Assembly: GCA_008632985.1 (NCBI GenBank)
Contig: QPGO01000098.1
Location: forward strand, 235,958-299,957
Source: Psammoneis japonica
Lineage: Eukaryota
Direction: 5' to 3'
Length of the DNA stretch: 64,000 nucleotides
Part shown: piece after piece, positions 1 through 12,487 of the stretch
How the letters are laid out: each line of letters begins with the position of its first letter
Position numbering within the stretch: position 1 is the first letter of the stretch
Notes under the pieces: model-generated
What the model was told of the DNA's origin: nothing
Database searches by the model: none
The model's input: only the letters and a program-made list of their open reading frames with translations
Made by a program: the position numbers and the translations under genes

Positions 1-349
1 TTGAAGCCATCTGCCGTTGTTGTCTCCGTTGCTCTCTTCCAGAAGTGAGAGCGCCGATGGGTGTTGTTGTTGCCAACGGTCACTCTCGGTTCAATCAGAG
101 GTCATGGATGACTCATTGGCTGAAGGGTGTTGAGCCCTTTGCTTGCCACGCTTTCACACACTCTACTCTATTTATAGAGAGCATGTAGTGAGGACAGGGA
201 TTAGATTCTCATCATTTGCAAGCTTGCACGAAAGGCAAGTTGGAAAGTGACGACTCGTTGAGTCATCATACAGTAATTGCAAAGACGCGCGATCGAGCAC
301 CACGAAGGCTGTCTATCGAGAAGCGAGTCGCGACACAAACGGCGAGACA

Positions 350-1276
350 ATGAACGAAGAGATGTGGCAAGGACTCGTTTCGATGAAGGACGAGCGCATT
401 GCCCAGTTGGAAGAGGAACTGAAGCAAAGCAATGAAAAGCTCTCGCTGGCCTTGGGTTTTGTTCGCAATGTCTGTCAATTCCCAGAAACACGATATGGGT
501 GGCGAGACGTACCGAGAGAACTCATTGCCAATGATGATTTTGGCGAAGCGGTCCTGGCGAATCTCCAAAACAACAACAACAACACGTCGGCGCCACCTGC
601 CGATAATAACGTGGCTGTTGCGACAACCACAAAACCTCCCGCTGGTAAAAAACATCCACAAATCTATCGCTGGGACGAAGAAAAAAAATCGTATGTACCG
701 GAAGAACCATCGTTAGCTTTAGAGAGTGAGACTCACAAGAAACCATTGGCCCGGAAGAAACGGCCGCCAGCGGATGAATCGACACCGAAAAAGCCGCGAG
801 GGCGTCCGCCTCTGAACAGTTACTGGGATGACGATAAGGGTTGTTATATGCGAAAAGACGGAGGAGGCGAAGTACCGAAACCCAAAAAGAAAATCAAGAC
901 GACACCAACGAAACCGCTTTTCAAACTCAACAAGACACCCGGGAAGATTCCTCAACCCAGAGGTCGTCCCAAAAAGGGTCACTTGTGGGATTCAAATAAA
1001 GGGGTTTGGGTTAAAGTGTACAGCGGCACGATTGGTGAGAATGAGCAAAGTGTTCAGCAATCTTCGTCCTCGTTTGCCGTCAATACAGAACTGCATGCAA
1101 CCAACAACACTATTGGCGAGACGAGCAACAATCCTTCACAACTGAATGCAACGGCAAGCGTTGCGGTCGCTCCGAACCTGCAAGATGAAGAAAAACATGA
1201 GGATTCCCACACGAACCATAGTATTGCCATCATGGACGATGTGATTGACTTAGTGCCTGATGAGGTTCATGTTTAG
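350..1276 (+). CDS. Hypothetical AT-hook protein with N-terminal coiled coil
   Basis: 308-aa ORF with normal composition; two PRGRP AT-hook cores, each followed by a WDxxKGxY/W motif; basic NLS-like stretches. Confidence 0.7.
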   Translation: MNEEMWQGLVSMKDERIAQLEEELKQSNEKLSLALGFVRNVCQFPETRYGWRDVPRELIANDDFGEAVLANLQNNNNNTSAPPADNNVAVATTTKPPAGKKHPQIYRWDEEKKSYVPEEPSLALESETHKKPLARKKRPPADESTPKKPRGRPPLNSYWDDDKGCYMRKDGGGEVPKPKKKIKTTPTKPLFKLNKTPGKIPQPRGRPKKGHLWDSNKGVWVKVYSGTIGENEQSVQQSSSSFAVNTELHATNNTIGETSNNPSQLNATASVAVAPNLQDEEKHEDSHTNHSIAIMDDVIDLVPDEVHV

Positions 1277-1379
1277 GCGTCCTCTTTATATCACTCTATT
1301 CTAACAGAATTACGAATACCTATGGTAACAGCTAAGCAAGTCAAAGCATACTATTGCGTTTCTTCGTGCTCTTGGACTC

Positions 1380-2577
1380 TTACAGCCTGCTTTGAAGCAA
1401 AACCTCTTCTTCTTGTGCTTCAGCCGTTCCTTTCCTAGCTGACATTTGTTGTTGCATGGCATTGACAAACCGATCTTGCCAAGTCCGAGTAAATCCAATG
1501 GCATTCAGGTAACCGGGCGAAACGGATCCATACTTTTCCTCAATCACATCCAGCGTGTCTTGCATGAGATGTTTGGGTGCTCCCGAAAACAAATTACGGT
1601 CCAGCTTTCCAGGTTGAGGACTACCGGCACGAGCAGCCCATGCACCATTTTTCATGACATGCGACAAGTGATAGTCTGCCACAATATCTTCTCGTGATAT
1701 GCCCATGATGGATTGACAAAGCGCCACTAGCAATCCGGTTCTTCAAGAATACACGCGAAAAAGGCAAAAGTGAGTTTATGAAAACACCTGACACAGACAC
1801 CCAACAAGAGTCTGCAAATAAACACACGTACCGATCTTTTCCTTGGACGCAGTGAATCACTACATTTCCGTCGCTTGCCTCCTTGACTTGTTTTTCCAAA
1901 TGCAACGTTATTTCTTGCAGCGCCGTCAAAAAGTCATCTTGTCCGATATCAATCAACGCTTCATAAAGCCCCAACAATCCCTTTTGGTTCAAAATATCCA
2001 TTCTCATATTGTGCAATTTATCAATATCCACAGCCTTATACAATCCAGCCATGATTTTTTGTTGCGGTGTCATCCAGTTTTGATCCATGTATTCAAATAA
2101 TTTTGTGTTCTTCAAGATATCCAATCTCAAGACGGATCGGCACGAAGAATTTTCCGTTTGCTCATTGTATCGAATCGATATCGGTCCACCCGGTGCTCGT
2201 TCCATCCAATACACGGCATCCTTTTCGTTTCGTTCACTCGGGGATCGCAAATCAATCACGAGTCCAGCGTCGTACAGCACCAATCGTTCCGCCTCATCCA
2301 GATTGTTTTTTACTACTACGTCACTACTTTGAAAAAGTTTTGCCAATCCATCGGTATTGGCACAACGGTATATTCCTTCTAGACCACGTGCTTCCCGAAA
2401 GTTTTCAATCAAGGGATTATTTCTGTCCGACGCATCTGCCGACGACGACACGCCAAACAAGGCGGTGGTCGTCGGTTCATGATGATTCTGCTTCATACGA
2501 ACAACACTGTTTCCGACAAGAGCAACGCAACTTGGCAACAGAGAGATGTAAAATACAATGCGACTCGAGAGCTTCAT
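1380..2577 (-). CDS. Protein tyrosine/lipid phosphatase (Y_phosphatase3-like), 2 exons
   Basis: IDLRSPSE motif; the active-site HCVQGKDRTG is restored by removing a GT-AG intron at 1741-1831; C-terminal IVADYHLS; hydrophobic N-terminal signal peptide. Confidence 0.85.
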
Positions 2578-3399
2578 GTCGTTTCAAAGACTACACTTTA
2601 GAAGAAGTGTTGTAAAGTCGGTTTTGCTCTTGGGTTGTGTCGTCGTCAACGTGGGTGGCAAAAAAGTGAGCTGACATTGTCGCACATGTAGAATTATACA
2701 CAAATGTCATACTCCGTGTTGGCGGGAGAAATTCCAAGCCAAGTCGTGGTAGATAGGTGGCGTTACACGACACGTCACTCACCAAGCAAGAGAAGAATGA
2801 CATTCACCATGGAGAAATAAACGCCCCAACGCAAGAAAATAGAGCATGCCTTAAGCATTGGCTTGTCCCCAAATGGCAAGAATTGACCACTAGAGGTACA
2901 GGAAGCTCGACAGGGCCTGCTGAATGCCATGGTCACACACATGGAATGGCGCCTCTGTTGACGTCTGGTCCTGTTGACTTCAGCTCCGACAGCGGCAGGT
3001 CCTCAACCGCGCATCATCCTTTTTTTCTTCTACTTGCGGAGCAAGCAATATCGACAGGGATGGAAACTCGAACGGGAACAGCACCAGATCGTCGATAAAG
3101 TCCAGTTCGCTGCGTGCTTCTCTGATGGACAGCTCATCCTGAAAAGGTGTTGAAATCAGCCGATCCGAAAACCATGAAACAGGCGAGTGATCGGCTTTCG
3201 GATGAGACGTTATTCCTGCCAGCCAATGAATAGAAACAAGAAGCTCTGCCAGCAATTGTCAGAAGAAATTCTAAGCTTCAACAAGAGCTGCAACAAGAGC
3301 TGTTTCTTTTCCATGAACGGGGTTCCATGCGTCCATCCATGATGTTGCGTCGACTCTGCAGCAGAACCGCATCAGCAACAACTTCTGTTGGCATCAGTG

Positions 3400-4210
3400 A
3401 TCACAAGCCAGAAGAGAGTGAACACTCTTCTGAGAGGGATTTGGCAGAGTTTATTTGCTGGTTAGATGGTGATCAAGGTGTCGAGGTTGACGACCATGGT
3501 GTCCCGCTGTCATGGAACAAGCTTCTTCGTTCCAAATGCTGCACTGGGAACGGCATGGGATGATGTCTCGGCACACCCTCATGTCTTGTCGCCTCCCCTT
3601 ATGGAGGGCATTCAAGCCTGTGTGCGAGAATCACCAACCGAAACGCACTTTTGGCTCAAGTGCTCTCTTGCTCGTAATGGTCCCAGCCTTGTGAAATTGC
3701 TCCGATCGGTGCGCAGTTCGACAACACACGGTTCTTTTGCCATTGAGACAACCAAGGGCTGCGTGTTTGGCTCGTTTACTTCTTTTCCATGTCGACCATC
3801 CCACGGCATTTTGGAAGTAGAGAATCGTTCTTGTGGAGACTGAGAGAGTCTTGTCTGACTCGGTCTCTTTCTCCGACCCAAATGGCTTCCATTGATGGTG
3901 AGCTGGAGGTCTTTCCATGCACGCAGTCAAACAATGCCGTTCAGTGCTGTAGCCGAGGGGGCATCAGTGTAGAAAAAGGTCAACTGGAAGACAATGGCAG
4001 AACCGGTGGGCGCCATGGAGCAGTTTTGTTTGTCGACAAGAGCCTCACACGCGGCTCTGCCAGCACGTCCGAGACATTTGCCAATCCGTGTCGATAACCA
4101 ACCTGGGGAAACGCGGGGAAGAATTTAACATCCAATCTCAAAGTTTGGACTATGACACCGTGGACACAGTTTCAAACGCAGAAGAGGAGGAGCTTTCAAT
4201 GCTCTTTTGT
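3400..4210 (+). pseudogene. TLDc-domain gene remnant, copy A
   Basis: HVLSPPLMEGIQ...FWLKCSLARNGPSL...IETTKGCVFGSFTS and later TSETFANP resemble the TLDc domain; frameshifts and stops present. Confidence 0.7.
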
Positions 4211-4730
4211 CAGGAGAGAAAAGACCCCGAAAAAGCAGTGCCACATTTACTCGGAATCCTAGTCACGTTAACACCCGGACGACAACCCGGGGAACTCGCA
4301 TCTGTTAATTCAATTAAAACGTCACACTTTTCTTTTCACACGAAATGTAACGGAACAAGAAGGGGAGAGCGCATTGTTCAGTCATCCAAGTACAAGTAGA
4401 TGCCATGATAAGTGCGTCGGACAGTTCGACTCGGTGCTGCACATTCTGGAGCTAGAGAAGCATCGTAATGTGGAGCGACGTATTCATAGAAAGTAAAGTG
4501 ATCCTACAGTTCACATCTAGGTCCACACGTAAGACTCCAAGTCTCTCGTGGCTGTTTCTCTACTCGTGTGCTCTTTCCTCCCAACCAAACAGGAAACTGA
4601 TTTGTGTGCAAGCAACGTGCGCGCCACTAACTAGGAATTTCTTCTTTCTGTGGAGTGCAGGGACCTTCTGAGTTCACCGGCTCCAAGAACTCGCTCAGCC
4701 AATGCCTCACAAAGACTGACCTTGGTTGCT

Positions 4731-5810
4731 TCAAGGCTCCCACCTCGCTGCATTACAAGCAGCCTTGTGGTTCTTCCAATCCGCTGCAAAGCAATCATTG
4801 TTGCAGTGCCAAGCAATTTTGCAATGCGAACACACCATCATGTCCTCTGCTTCCTTGCCACAATGGTGACACTGAGGAACAACCTCTTGGAGTAGGTTGC
4901 ACACCCTCTCCGCCTCCTCTGAAACATCACCCACAGGACCACGCGACCCATTTCGTTGGACACCCTTCATGACAATGTCACCACCAGCGGCAAGGATAGA
5001 CAGACGGTTGTCACCATACATCGGGTCAGACAAAAATGGCATCACACCGGTCCCGTTCCATTGGATGATTGGGTGGTTCGGAAATCGCTTCAGGCTAGCG
5101 AGAATGTTGGGAATGCCTCCACAACAACGGATTTCAGATGGCAAGGATGACATTTCTTCAATGCCTTTTTTCGCAGTCATCCTTGCCATTGAATCCATCA
5201 AGGACAGCGCCAAGTTGCCAAAGACCTCCTGCTCGCGTTGCAGGCTTTGAGCCCGTGAATGCTTGAGGATGTCCACAACCATTGCGACGCCACCGGCTTC
5301 GCGCACAGCTTCGAAGTGATTGTCTTCAGACAAGTCACATGACAGTGTAAGCGAGTGAAAAACAAGGCTGCCTGCTGCTTTAGCTTCTTCATCTTGGTGC
5401 TTTTGCTGCGCGACAAGTGTGTTCATGGAAGTAATCACAATTGGGATTCCACCGCTCTCAACAATGGCCAATCTGTTGTGTTTGTTGCCGCTGCTGTTGA
5501 CATTCGCTGCAGTGTAAAGCAGACTGCAACACAGTCTCTGAATGCATGCTAGCTCGGGATTCTCACGCATGAGAGTGATGATGGTGCTCATTCCACCAGC
5601 TCGAACAAAAGCTTCGGTTCGCGCTTTGTGCTCGTCGTCGCAATCGTCGACAACAAGTTCCCCAAGTCGATGCAAAGCATTGCAGGCCCCTTTTGCGTCA
5701 TCTTCAGACACGCATTTCCCAGGCAAGGAAGCGACGAGCGCTTGAATCATTGTCTCAAGAGGCTGTGACCCTCCTTTGACTTGCACGCGTCTGCTTTTTT
5801 TCTTTCCCAT
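4731..5810 (-). CDS. Armadillo-repeat protein with C-terminal MYND zinc finger (open but mutated, possibly non-functional)
   Basis: 359-aa ORF; repeated AIVESGGIP/AVREAGGV/CCGGIP ARM-like motifs; CHHCGK...CSHCKIAWHCNNDC...DWKNHKAAC MYND finger, with the usual YC reading HC. Confidence 0.8.
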   Translation of the reverse strand: MGKKKSRRVQVKGGSQPLETMIQALVASLPGKCVSEDDAKGACNALHRLGELVVDDCDDEHKARTEAFVRAGGMSTIITLMRENPELACIQRLCCSLLYTAANVNSSGNKHNRLAIVESGGIPIVITSMNTLVAQQKHQDEEAKAAGSLVFHSLTLSCDLSEDNHFEAVREAGGVAMVVDILKHSRAQSLQREQEVFGNLALSLMDSMARMTAKKGIEEMSSLPSEIRCCGGIPNILASLKRFPNHPIIQWNGTGVMPFLSDPMYGDNRLSILAAGGDIVMKGVQRNGSRGPVGDVSEEAERVCNLLQEVVPQCHHCGKEAEDMMVCSHCKIAWHCNNDCFAADWKNHKAACNAARWEP

Positions 5811-6559
5811 CGTTGATGCTTGATGTGCATTGCGTTGTCATTGTGCGACTTGCTGCTCCGCGGTCATCATCACTTGCGGCGCACGCGCCGCTTCACCTGC
5901 CGCTTGCAGCGCGCGACGTAGCGCGCGTGCGTCCAGTTGGGCGCATGTGCGTCTTGGCGCGTTTTTCCTCGTGTCCGCACAACGGCAAGACCATGGAAGA
6001 AGCGATTTTGCGCGTGCGTGCGTGGTGCATGCCCAGCCAGAAGCAATGGAAGCAGTCACTTGCTTTGTCACCAGAGATCATTGTGCGGCAGAACACAAAC
6101 AATGCCCAATGGAATCTGTTGTCCCTGTTGGAAGATGGAATTTGGAGTGACCAATTGACTTTTGAGTGGCTGGGCTTTCAGAAGAGATTGGGTTGCATTG
6201 AAGCATCATGTTCGGGGTGCATTTTGAGGATTGTGCACAGGCACTGGGAGCAACCCCAGGAAAAATGAAGAGCAAGGCTGACTCAGTGGCCTCACAGGTC
6301 ACATTTGGAGCAAGCATTCAAGCAAAAGAAAAGACTGTCTGGCTCTGGTGTCCTGCACGCTGCCCACCACTTTCTGGTGCGCGCCCATGGAGAAACAAAA
6401 AACTCCAAAATCTCTCATTCCTCTTGCTCAATGCTTCCCCCAGGATGCACCAGCTGCATCTCAAAAGCAATCTCCATGCAAGCAACATCAACGCTGCTGC
6501 ATCATCTGGTGCAGATGATGGACAAACCTTTTCCTGTCGTGTGTCTTCACACCCTCTGA

Positions 6560-7140
6560 GTTCGATGCAGCTCCAAAAGCTGGCAAAGGTGTTGTCGCAA
6601 CATCCACACACTGCCCCCTTGGCTTCAGACTCAAAAGAGGCAGATGAAAGTGTCCCAGGCATCCTGGCATGCCTCTCAAGAGTGGGCTTCTTGGATCCTT
6701 TGAAGTCTCCGCCAGCAAGCCATGCTGCGCTCAGACATGTGAGGTTTGTCCAGTCCGACACTGCAACACATCCATTGTTGCAGCTCCAGGTGACACCACA
6801 ACAGCTGCAAATGATCATGTCAACCAGTTCCCTGTCACAATGGCAACACTGAGAAATGACCTTTTGCAGCAGATCCATCGCAAGTTGTGCCATCTTGGCA
6901 AGCTCTGGACTGCGAAATGCGCTGGTGTGCTCCAGGATGTTTTTCACGATGGTGGTGCCACTGCCAGCAGCAAGGGCTGGTGAAGGGTTGCCATCCCATT
7001 TTGTGGATGACATCGCCATCATCATCCAACTTCCAAACCATGAGATGTCATCCATGCCTGGAAAGTGCACCAAGGCAGCCAGAACATTTGGGGGGCCTCT
7101 GAAGAAATGGATTGTTTCAGCAACAAAAGATGAGAGTTCC
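6560..7140 (-). pseudogene. Third, strongly decayed ARM/MYND copy
   Basis: LLQKVISQCCHCDRELVDMIICSCCGVTWSCNNGCVAVSDWTNL matches the C-terminus of 4731-5810. Confidence 0.7.
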
Positions 7141-8044
7141 CGGCTGTTGCAACTTTCATGACAAACCATGTGGGGTGTGATTTCGCACATCAAAAAAGCA
7201 CTCCAGTGCAAAAGACACCATTTTTCTCTTCTGTGGTGAAGGCACGTGTGGCCTGTTCCAGCTCCAGGTGATGCGCAATGCATCATGCAAAAAGCCGATT
7301 TTTGGCACAGTTCAGCACATTGAACTCCTTCAAATTTGATCATTTTGAAAATTGAAAGGCAATCGCACACAAAAAAACACATGTTTTGTGTGCACGATTG
7401 CCCTTCGATTTTGGCCGGTGATGGGAATTGAACCCCAGCACATCACCTGGAGCTGGAACAGGCTGTGTGTGCTTCAAGATTCCCACAACCCATGTGAACC
7501 CACCAGCATCTGGCATGAATTTTCCAGCATTTTTCCATGCCGGGGCTTGTCATGCAATGGGATCATGCAACGGGCTGTGAGTGCTGCAAAACATGTCTTT
7601 TCATTGTGTGGCAGTTTTTTGCACAACCCAATTGCCCAAAGAGGCAGTTGCAAAAGGGACTCCTTTGCTTGCACAAATGGCTTGTTTGTTGCCATCACTG
7701 TCTTCCAGCATGCTGCTGCACAAAAAACATGGCAGCCCCAAAACTGAATCTTTGCACCCTGCTTGTGCTGGTTGTGCACAAGATGCACAGTGGCTGGCAC
7801 CCAAACCACCTGCACGAACAATGGCAGATGCCAAAGTGAGACTGCTGCTTAGTTTGGTGGCAAGATTGTGAAAACACTTCAAAACCATGAGTGATTTCAG
7901 CCCACACAAATCAGCGGCCAGCACCACTGAAGTTGCCCTCACAAACTGTGCTTGCCCTTGACCAAGCTGCACCTGCTTTTCTTTCCCATGGTTGCAATGA
8001 GTTTTGTTGCAATGTTCACACAGCTCAGACTTCAGAGTTGGGGG

Positions 8045-8365
8045 CAGTCTAAGCCCTAGGTGGGACTCCGTGTGACATTGGGCCCGTAGAATTCTACGTG
8101 CGAGCTCCGCAGTACGAGAATTTAATTAATGGATACATTTATCTTCAACATCAAATAAACGGCCAAGTTTGTGGTACAATTATGCCTCTTACCACTCGAC
8201 GTTTTTGCAAATGCACCTGCCCTACGCGATTCTTAAGTGTACCGTAAAATGACACAAAATATCGAAAAAATCACGTAGAAATCTACGTGCGCGACATACG
8301 ACGTGATTCAAAAAACTGTCGATGTCACAGTTCAGTAGTGCGAGGTCCCACCTAGACCTGGAACA
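8045..8365. mobile_element. MITE-like element, least-mutated copy
   Basis: Inverted repeat CTAGGTGGGAC (8056-8066) / GTCCCACCTAG (8345-8355); non-coding; homologous decayed copies near 26945, 38520 and 62453; exact ends and TSD uncertain. Confidence 0.75.
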
Positions 8366-9149
8366 CGTCTGGCAAGATGCTCACATGCACGCAAAGAAAT
8401 GAATCGCACCTCAAACTTCAGCTCAAGTTTCAAGCTTGTTCTCTCAAAGTCTGTGCAGAGGAGATTGTTGCAGAGGGAGAGCAAATGAGAATTGGAGGAT
8501 TGTAAAAATGACAGAGTGAGAACAACAAAATGGAAGAATGCGCTGGTCGTTGTCATGGTCGGTGATGCCCTGCTTCATGTGCTGCGTTTTCTGTTCTCAT
8601 CACTGTGCCACACAGAGTGTGTGTGTGCTCCAGCTCGCTGATGACGGCTGGCCCAGGACAATGCTTTGCCGGCAGTGCATTGTCCCTCGCATGTCGTTTC
8701 AATGATTGCACGACAAAACATCGAGAAAATGAATGCGCGAGCACTCTTTGTTCTTGGGCGGTCGTCGAACGCTGGTGGCAAAAAATGAGCCAACATTGTC
8801 GCACAAGTGGAATCACACACAAATGTCACACCAAGTGTCGGAGGGAGAAATTGGCCAAAGCGCCTCAACAGAACGACACCCAACACCCCCAACACATCAC
8901 CGCGCAAGATGTGCGACCGAAACCCATGAAACAGGCGATCGAGTGATCGGCTTTCGGATGAGGCATTGTTCCCGCTAGCCGATGAATGGAAATGAGAAGC
9001 TCGCCAGCAATTGCCAGAAGAAATTCCAAGCTTCAACAACAACTGTTTCGTTTCCATGAACGGGGCTCCATGCGCCCATCCATGATGTTGCGTCAACTCA
9101 GCAGCAGAACCGCATCAGCAAAAACTTCTGTCGGTGTCTGCAACAAAAG

Positions 9150-9790
9150 CCAGAAGAGAGTGAACACTCAACTGAGAGGGATTTGGCAGAGGTTGTTTCC
9201 TGGTCAGACGCTGATCAAGGTGTCGAGGTTGACGACCATGGTGCTCCGCTTTTATGGAACAAGCTTTTTCGTTTCAAATTCTGGAAACGGCAGTGGATGA
9301 TGTCTCGGCACACCCTCATGTCTTGCCGCCTCCACTTCTTGTGGAGGGTGTTCAAGCCTTCATGCCAGAATCACTGACCGAAACGCACTTTTGGCTCAAA
9401 TGCTCTCTTGTTCGTGATGGTCTCGGCCTGATGAGATTGCTCCGATCGGTGCGTGGTTCGACAAAACACGGTTCTTTTGCCATTGAGACAACCGAGGGCT
9501 ACGTGTTTGGCTCGTTTACTTCTTTTCCATGATGGCGACTGTCCAATGGACGGTGTTTTGGAAGTGGAGAATCATTTTTGTGGAGACTGAGAAAATCCCG
9601 TCTAACTGGTCTCTTTCGCCAACCCAAATGGCTGCCATGGAGGGTGAGCTGGAGCAGGTCTTTCCATGCGCGCAGTCAAACAATGCCGTTCAGTGCTGTA
9701 GCCGAGATGACATCAATCTCAAAGTTTGCACCATGACACCATGGACACAGTTTCAAAGGCAGAAAGAGGAGGAGCTTTCAATGCAACGGA
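9150..9790 (+). pseudogene. TLDc-domain gene remnant, copy B
   Basis: HVLPPPLL...FWLKCSLVRDGLGL...IETTEGYVFGSFTSFP; disrupted frame. Confidence 0.7.
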
Positions 9791-10174
9791 ACAAGGAGGG
9801 GAGAGCGCACAATTCAGCCATCCAAGGACAAGCAGATGCCACAACAAGTGTGTCGGACATTTCGTCTCGGTGCCACATGTTCTGGAGCTAGAGAAGCATC
9901 GTGACATGGAGCGACGTATTCATGGAAAGTAAAGTGATCCTGCAGTTCACATCTGGGCATGCACGTAAGACTCCAAGTCTCTCGTGGCTGTTCTCTGCTC
10001 ATGCTCCTGCCAAACCGGAAGCGGATTTGTGCACAAGCAACGTGCGCGCCGCTGCACCAGGAATTTCTCCTTTCATGGAGTGCAGGGACCTTCTGAGTTC
10101 ACCGGCTCCAAGCCAGTGAAATGATTCTCGAGACCCTGCCCCCCAATTCACATTGAAGTCACTCAGTCAATGCC

Positions 10175-11272
10175 TCACAAAGACCAACCTTGGTTGCTTC
10201 GAGGCCTCCACCTCGCCGCATTACAAGCAGCCTTGTGGTTCGTCCAATCCGCTGCAATGCAACCGTCATTGCAGTGCCAAGCAATGTTGCAACGCGCACA
10301 CACCATCATGTCCTCGGATTCCCTCCCACAATGACGGCACTGAGGAACAACCTCTTGCAGCAGGCAGCACACCATCGCCGCCTCCTCTGAAACATTGCCG
10401 ATGGGATTGCACGACCCATTTCCTTGGACACCCTTCATGACAATGTCACCACCAGTGGCAAGGACAGATGGACGGTTGTCATCATACACCGGGCAAGACA
10501 AAAGTGGCATCATCCTGGTCCCGGTCCATTGGATGATTGGGTGGTTCGGAAATCACTTCAGGCTGTCGAGAATGTTTGGAATGCCTCCACAACAAAGGAT
10601 TTCAGATGACAAGGATGACATTTCTTCAATGCCTTTTTCCAAAGCCATCCTTGCCATTGACTCCATCAAGAACAGCGCCCATTTGCAAAGGTCCTCATGA
10701 CGGCTTTGCAGGCTTGGAGCCCGTGAATGCTTGAGGACATCCACAACCATTGCGACGCCACCGGCTTCGCGCACAGCTTCGAAGTGACCATCTTCAGACA
10801 AGCCATCCAATGGGCCAAGTGAGAAATAAAAGCAGCCTGCCGCGATTTTTTTGTCATCTTGGTGCTTTTTCAGTGCGACAAGTGTGTTCACGGAAGCAAC
10901 CATGATTGGGATTCCACCGCTCTCAACAATGGCCAATTTGTGTTTGTTGCCGCTGCTGTTGACATTCGCCACAGTGTCAAGCAGAATGCAACACAGACTC
11001 TGAATGTACGCCAGCTCGTGATTCTCATGCATGGGAGCAATGATGGTGCTTGTTCCGCCAGCTCGAACAAAGGCTTCGGTGCAGCCACGCACTTTGTGCA
11101 CGTCGTCGCACTTGACAAGCATGCCAAGACGCTGCAAAGCATCGAAGGCCCCGTTTGCATCATTTTCAGATGCGCATTTCCCAGGCAAGGAAGCGACGAG
11201 AGCTTGAATCGTCTCAATGAGAGGCTGTGACCCTCCTTTGACTCGCATGCGTCGGCTTTTCTTTCCCATCAT
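10175..11272 (-). pseudogene. ARM/MYND paralog, interrupted
   Basis: ORFs 10553-11272 and 10175-10513 are in frame and separated by TGA where copy A has CGA (Arg); highly similar to 4731-5810. Confidence 0.85.
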
Positions 11273-12487
11273 GGATGCTTGCTTGATGAATGCGTTGTCA
11301 TTGTGCGACTGCTGACATTGCCGTGCGGTGCTGCCATTGCCGCACGCACAACATACGTGACGGACGGACGTGCGCCCAGTTGGGCGTCTGTCTTGGAGCG
11401 TCTTTCCTCAAGTCTTAAGACCCGTCGTGCTCGTGGTGGAGGGGTGCAATTCGGGGTGTAATTTTGGGGTCCCCTCAAAAAAAAATTACAGCCAACAAAT
11501 GGGCTGCCAGAGGCATGTGTTTTTTTTTCCTGTGAAAAATTCTGGGAGCCTGCAATTTTCCGCACGAAAACAGACTCAACTCATCATCATCCATGACGGC
11601 AGAAACATCCGAGCATCGAACAACAATGACAACCAACAATCAACAACGAACTTCAGCCAATGAGAGATGTAAAAAATTGTTGCTGGGGAGCTGTTGTGAT
11701 GTGCTCACGAAGGAAAGAACGGCAAAAAATGATGAGATGGAGTCAACGGACAACAAAATGATGACAACTTCATGTCTTTTCTGAAGAAAAACATGTCATG
11801 TGGTGGCTGAAACCTCAGCTGTGGACACAACAATTGCACACATCATCAACCACATCATTGCAAATCAACTGGACTTGTCAGAACAGCAATTTGACATGCG
11901 CGAGGTCACAGCGGAGCCGCCGAACGCCACTGTGTTTTGTTGCAGTCATTTGAATCTTCAACCTCCTCGCGTGCAGATGAGTTGATTAAATTGGAGATGT
12001 GGAGTTGTTCCTGCTCAGTCATCATCAATTTTTCAGGAGCACATGTTCAATGCAGATGTCAATTCTTGCAGAATTGCAGTTGTCAAATTTCAGACTCTCG
12101 CAAGGACCAAGGCGAGCGCACGGCTGCACGAAGTTGTCAGTCCCGTCTGCTCGTGACTCAGTGCATTTCTGTGGCAAAAATTGTGCAGGAATTCGAAGAT
12201 GACAAAAACGGCCAGATGATTTCCACCAACTGCAATGTGAGCTGCACCTGATGTACATTCTTTGTTCGTCAACACTTGAGTCAACTGTTTCAGGCGTCAC
12301 ATGCAGCTGCTTTGATGAGCTGGAATTTCTCCGAACGAACGACGAATCGTGCGGAGCAACAATGAACAAAGCAACAAAACAACAAACCCAGCATGTCATT
12401 TCACTGTTAGACCTGCACAAGCCCTCAGCACATGGCCCTACTCTCAACGGAGATGTTGTCTCCCAGCTGATTCGAACATGCACTTTG

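Larger units (their letters stand above)
2620..5945. repeat. Segmental duplication copy A (TLDc remnant + ARM/MYND gene)
   Basis: Colinear similarity with 8745-11390, e.g. 3310-3950 vs 9050-9710, 4390-4690 vs 9828-10110, 4700-5840 vs 10160-11310. Confidence 0.9.
8745..11390. repeat. Segmental duplication copy B (TLDc remnant + ARM/MYND pseudogene)
   Basis: Colinear with 2620-5945, with internal deletions. Confidence 0.9.

Noticed and set aside
160..190. Small hairpin ctctatttatagag followed by gtag, resembling a Helitron 3' end after a TA-free first 160 bp
   Set aside because: AT-rich 5-bp stem and non-canonical terminus; too little upstream sequence in the window.
5950..8040. Fungal-type RIP, or plain CpG deamination, as the explanation for the skewed composition
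   Set aside because: RIP creates TpA from CpA, whereas here TpA is lost and CpA/TpG gained; CpG deamination alone cannot remove TA.
11405..11570. Possible terminus of another mobile element (ttaagacccgtcg…ggggtcccctcaaaaaaaaattac)
   Set aside because: No partner end or coding remnant could be identified.
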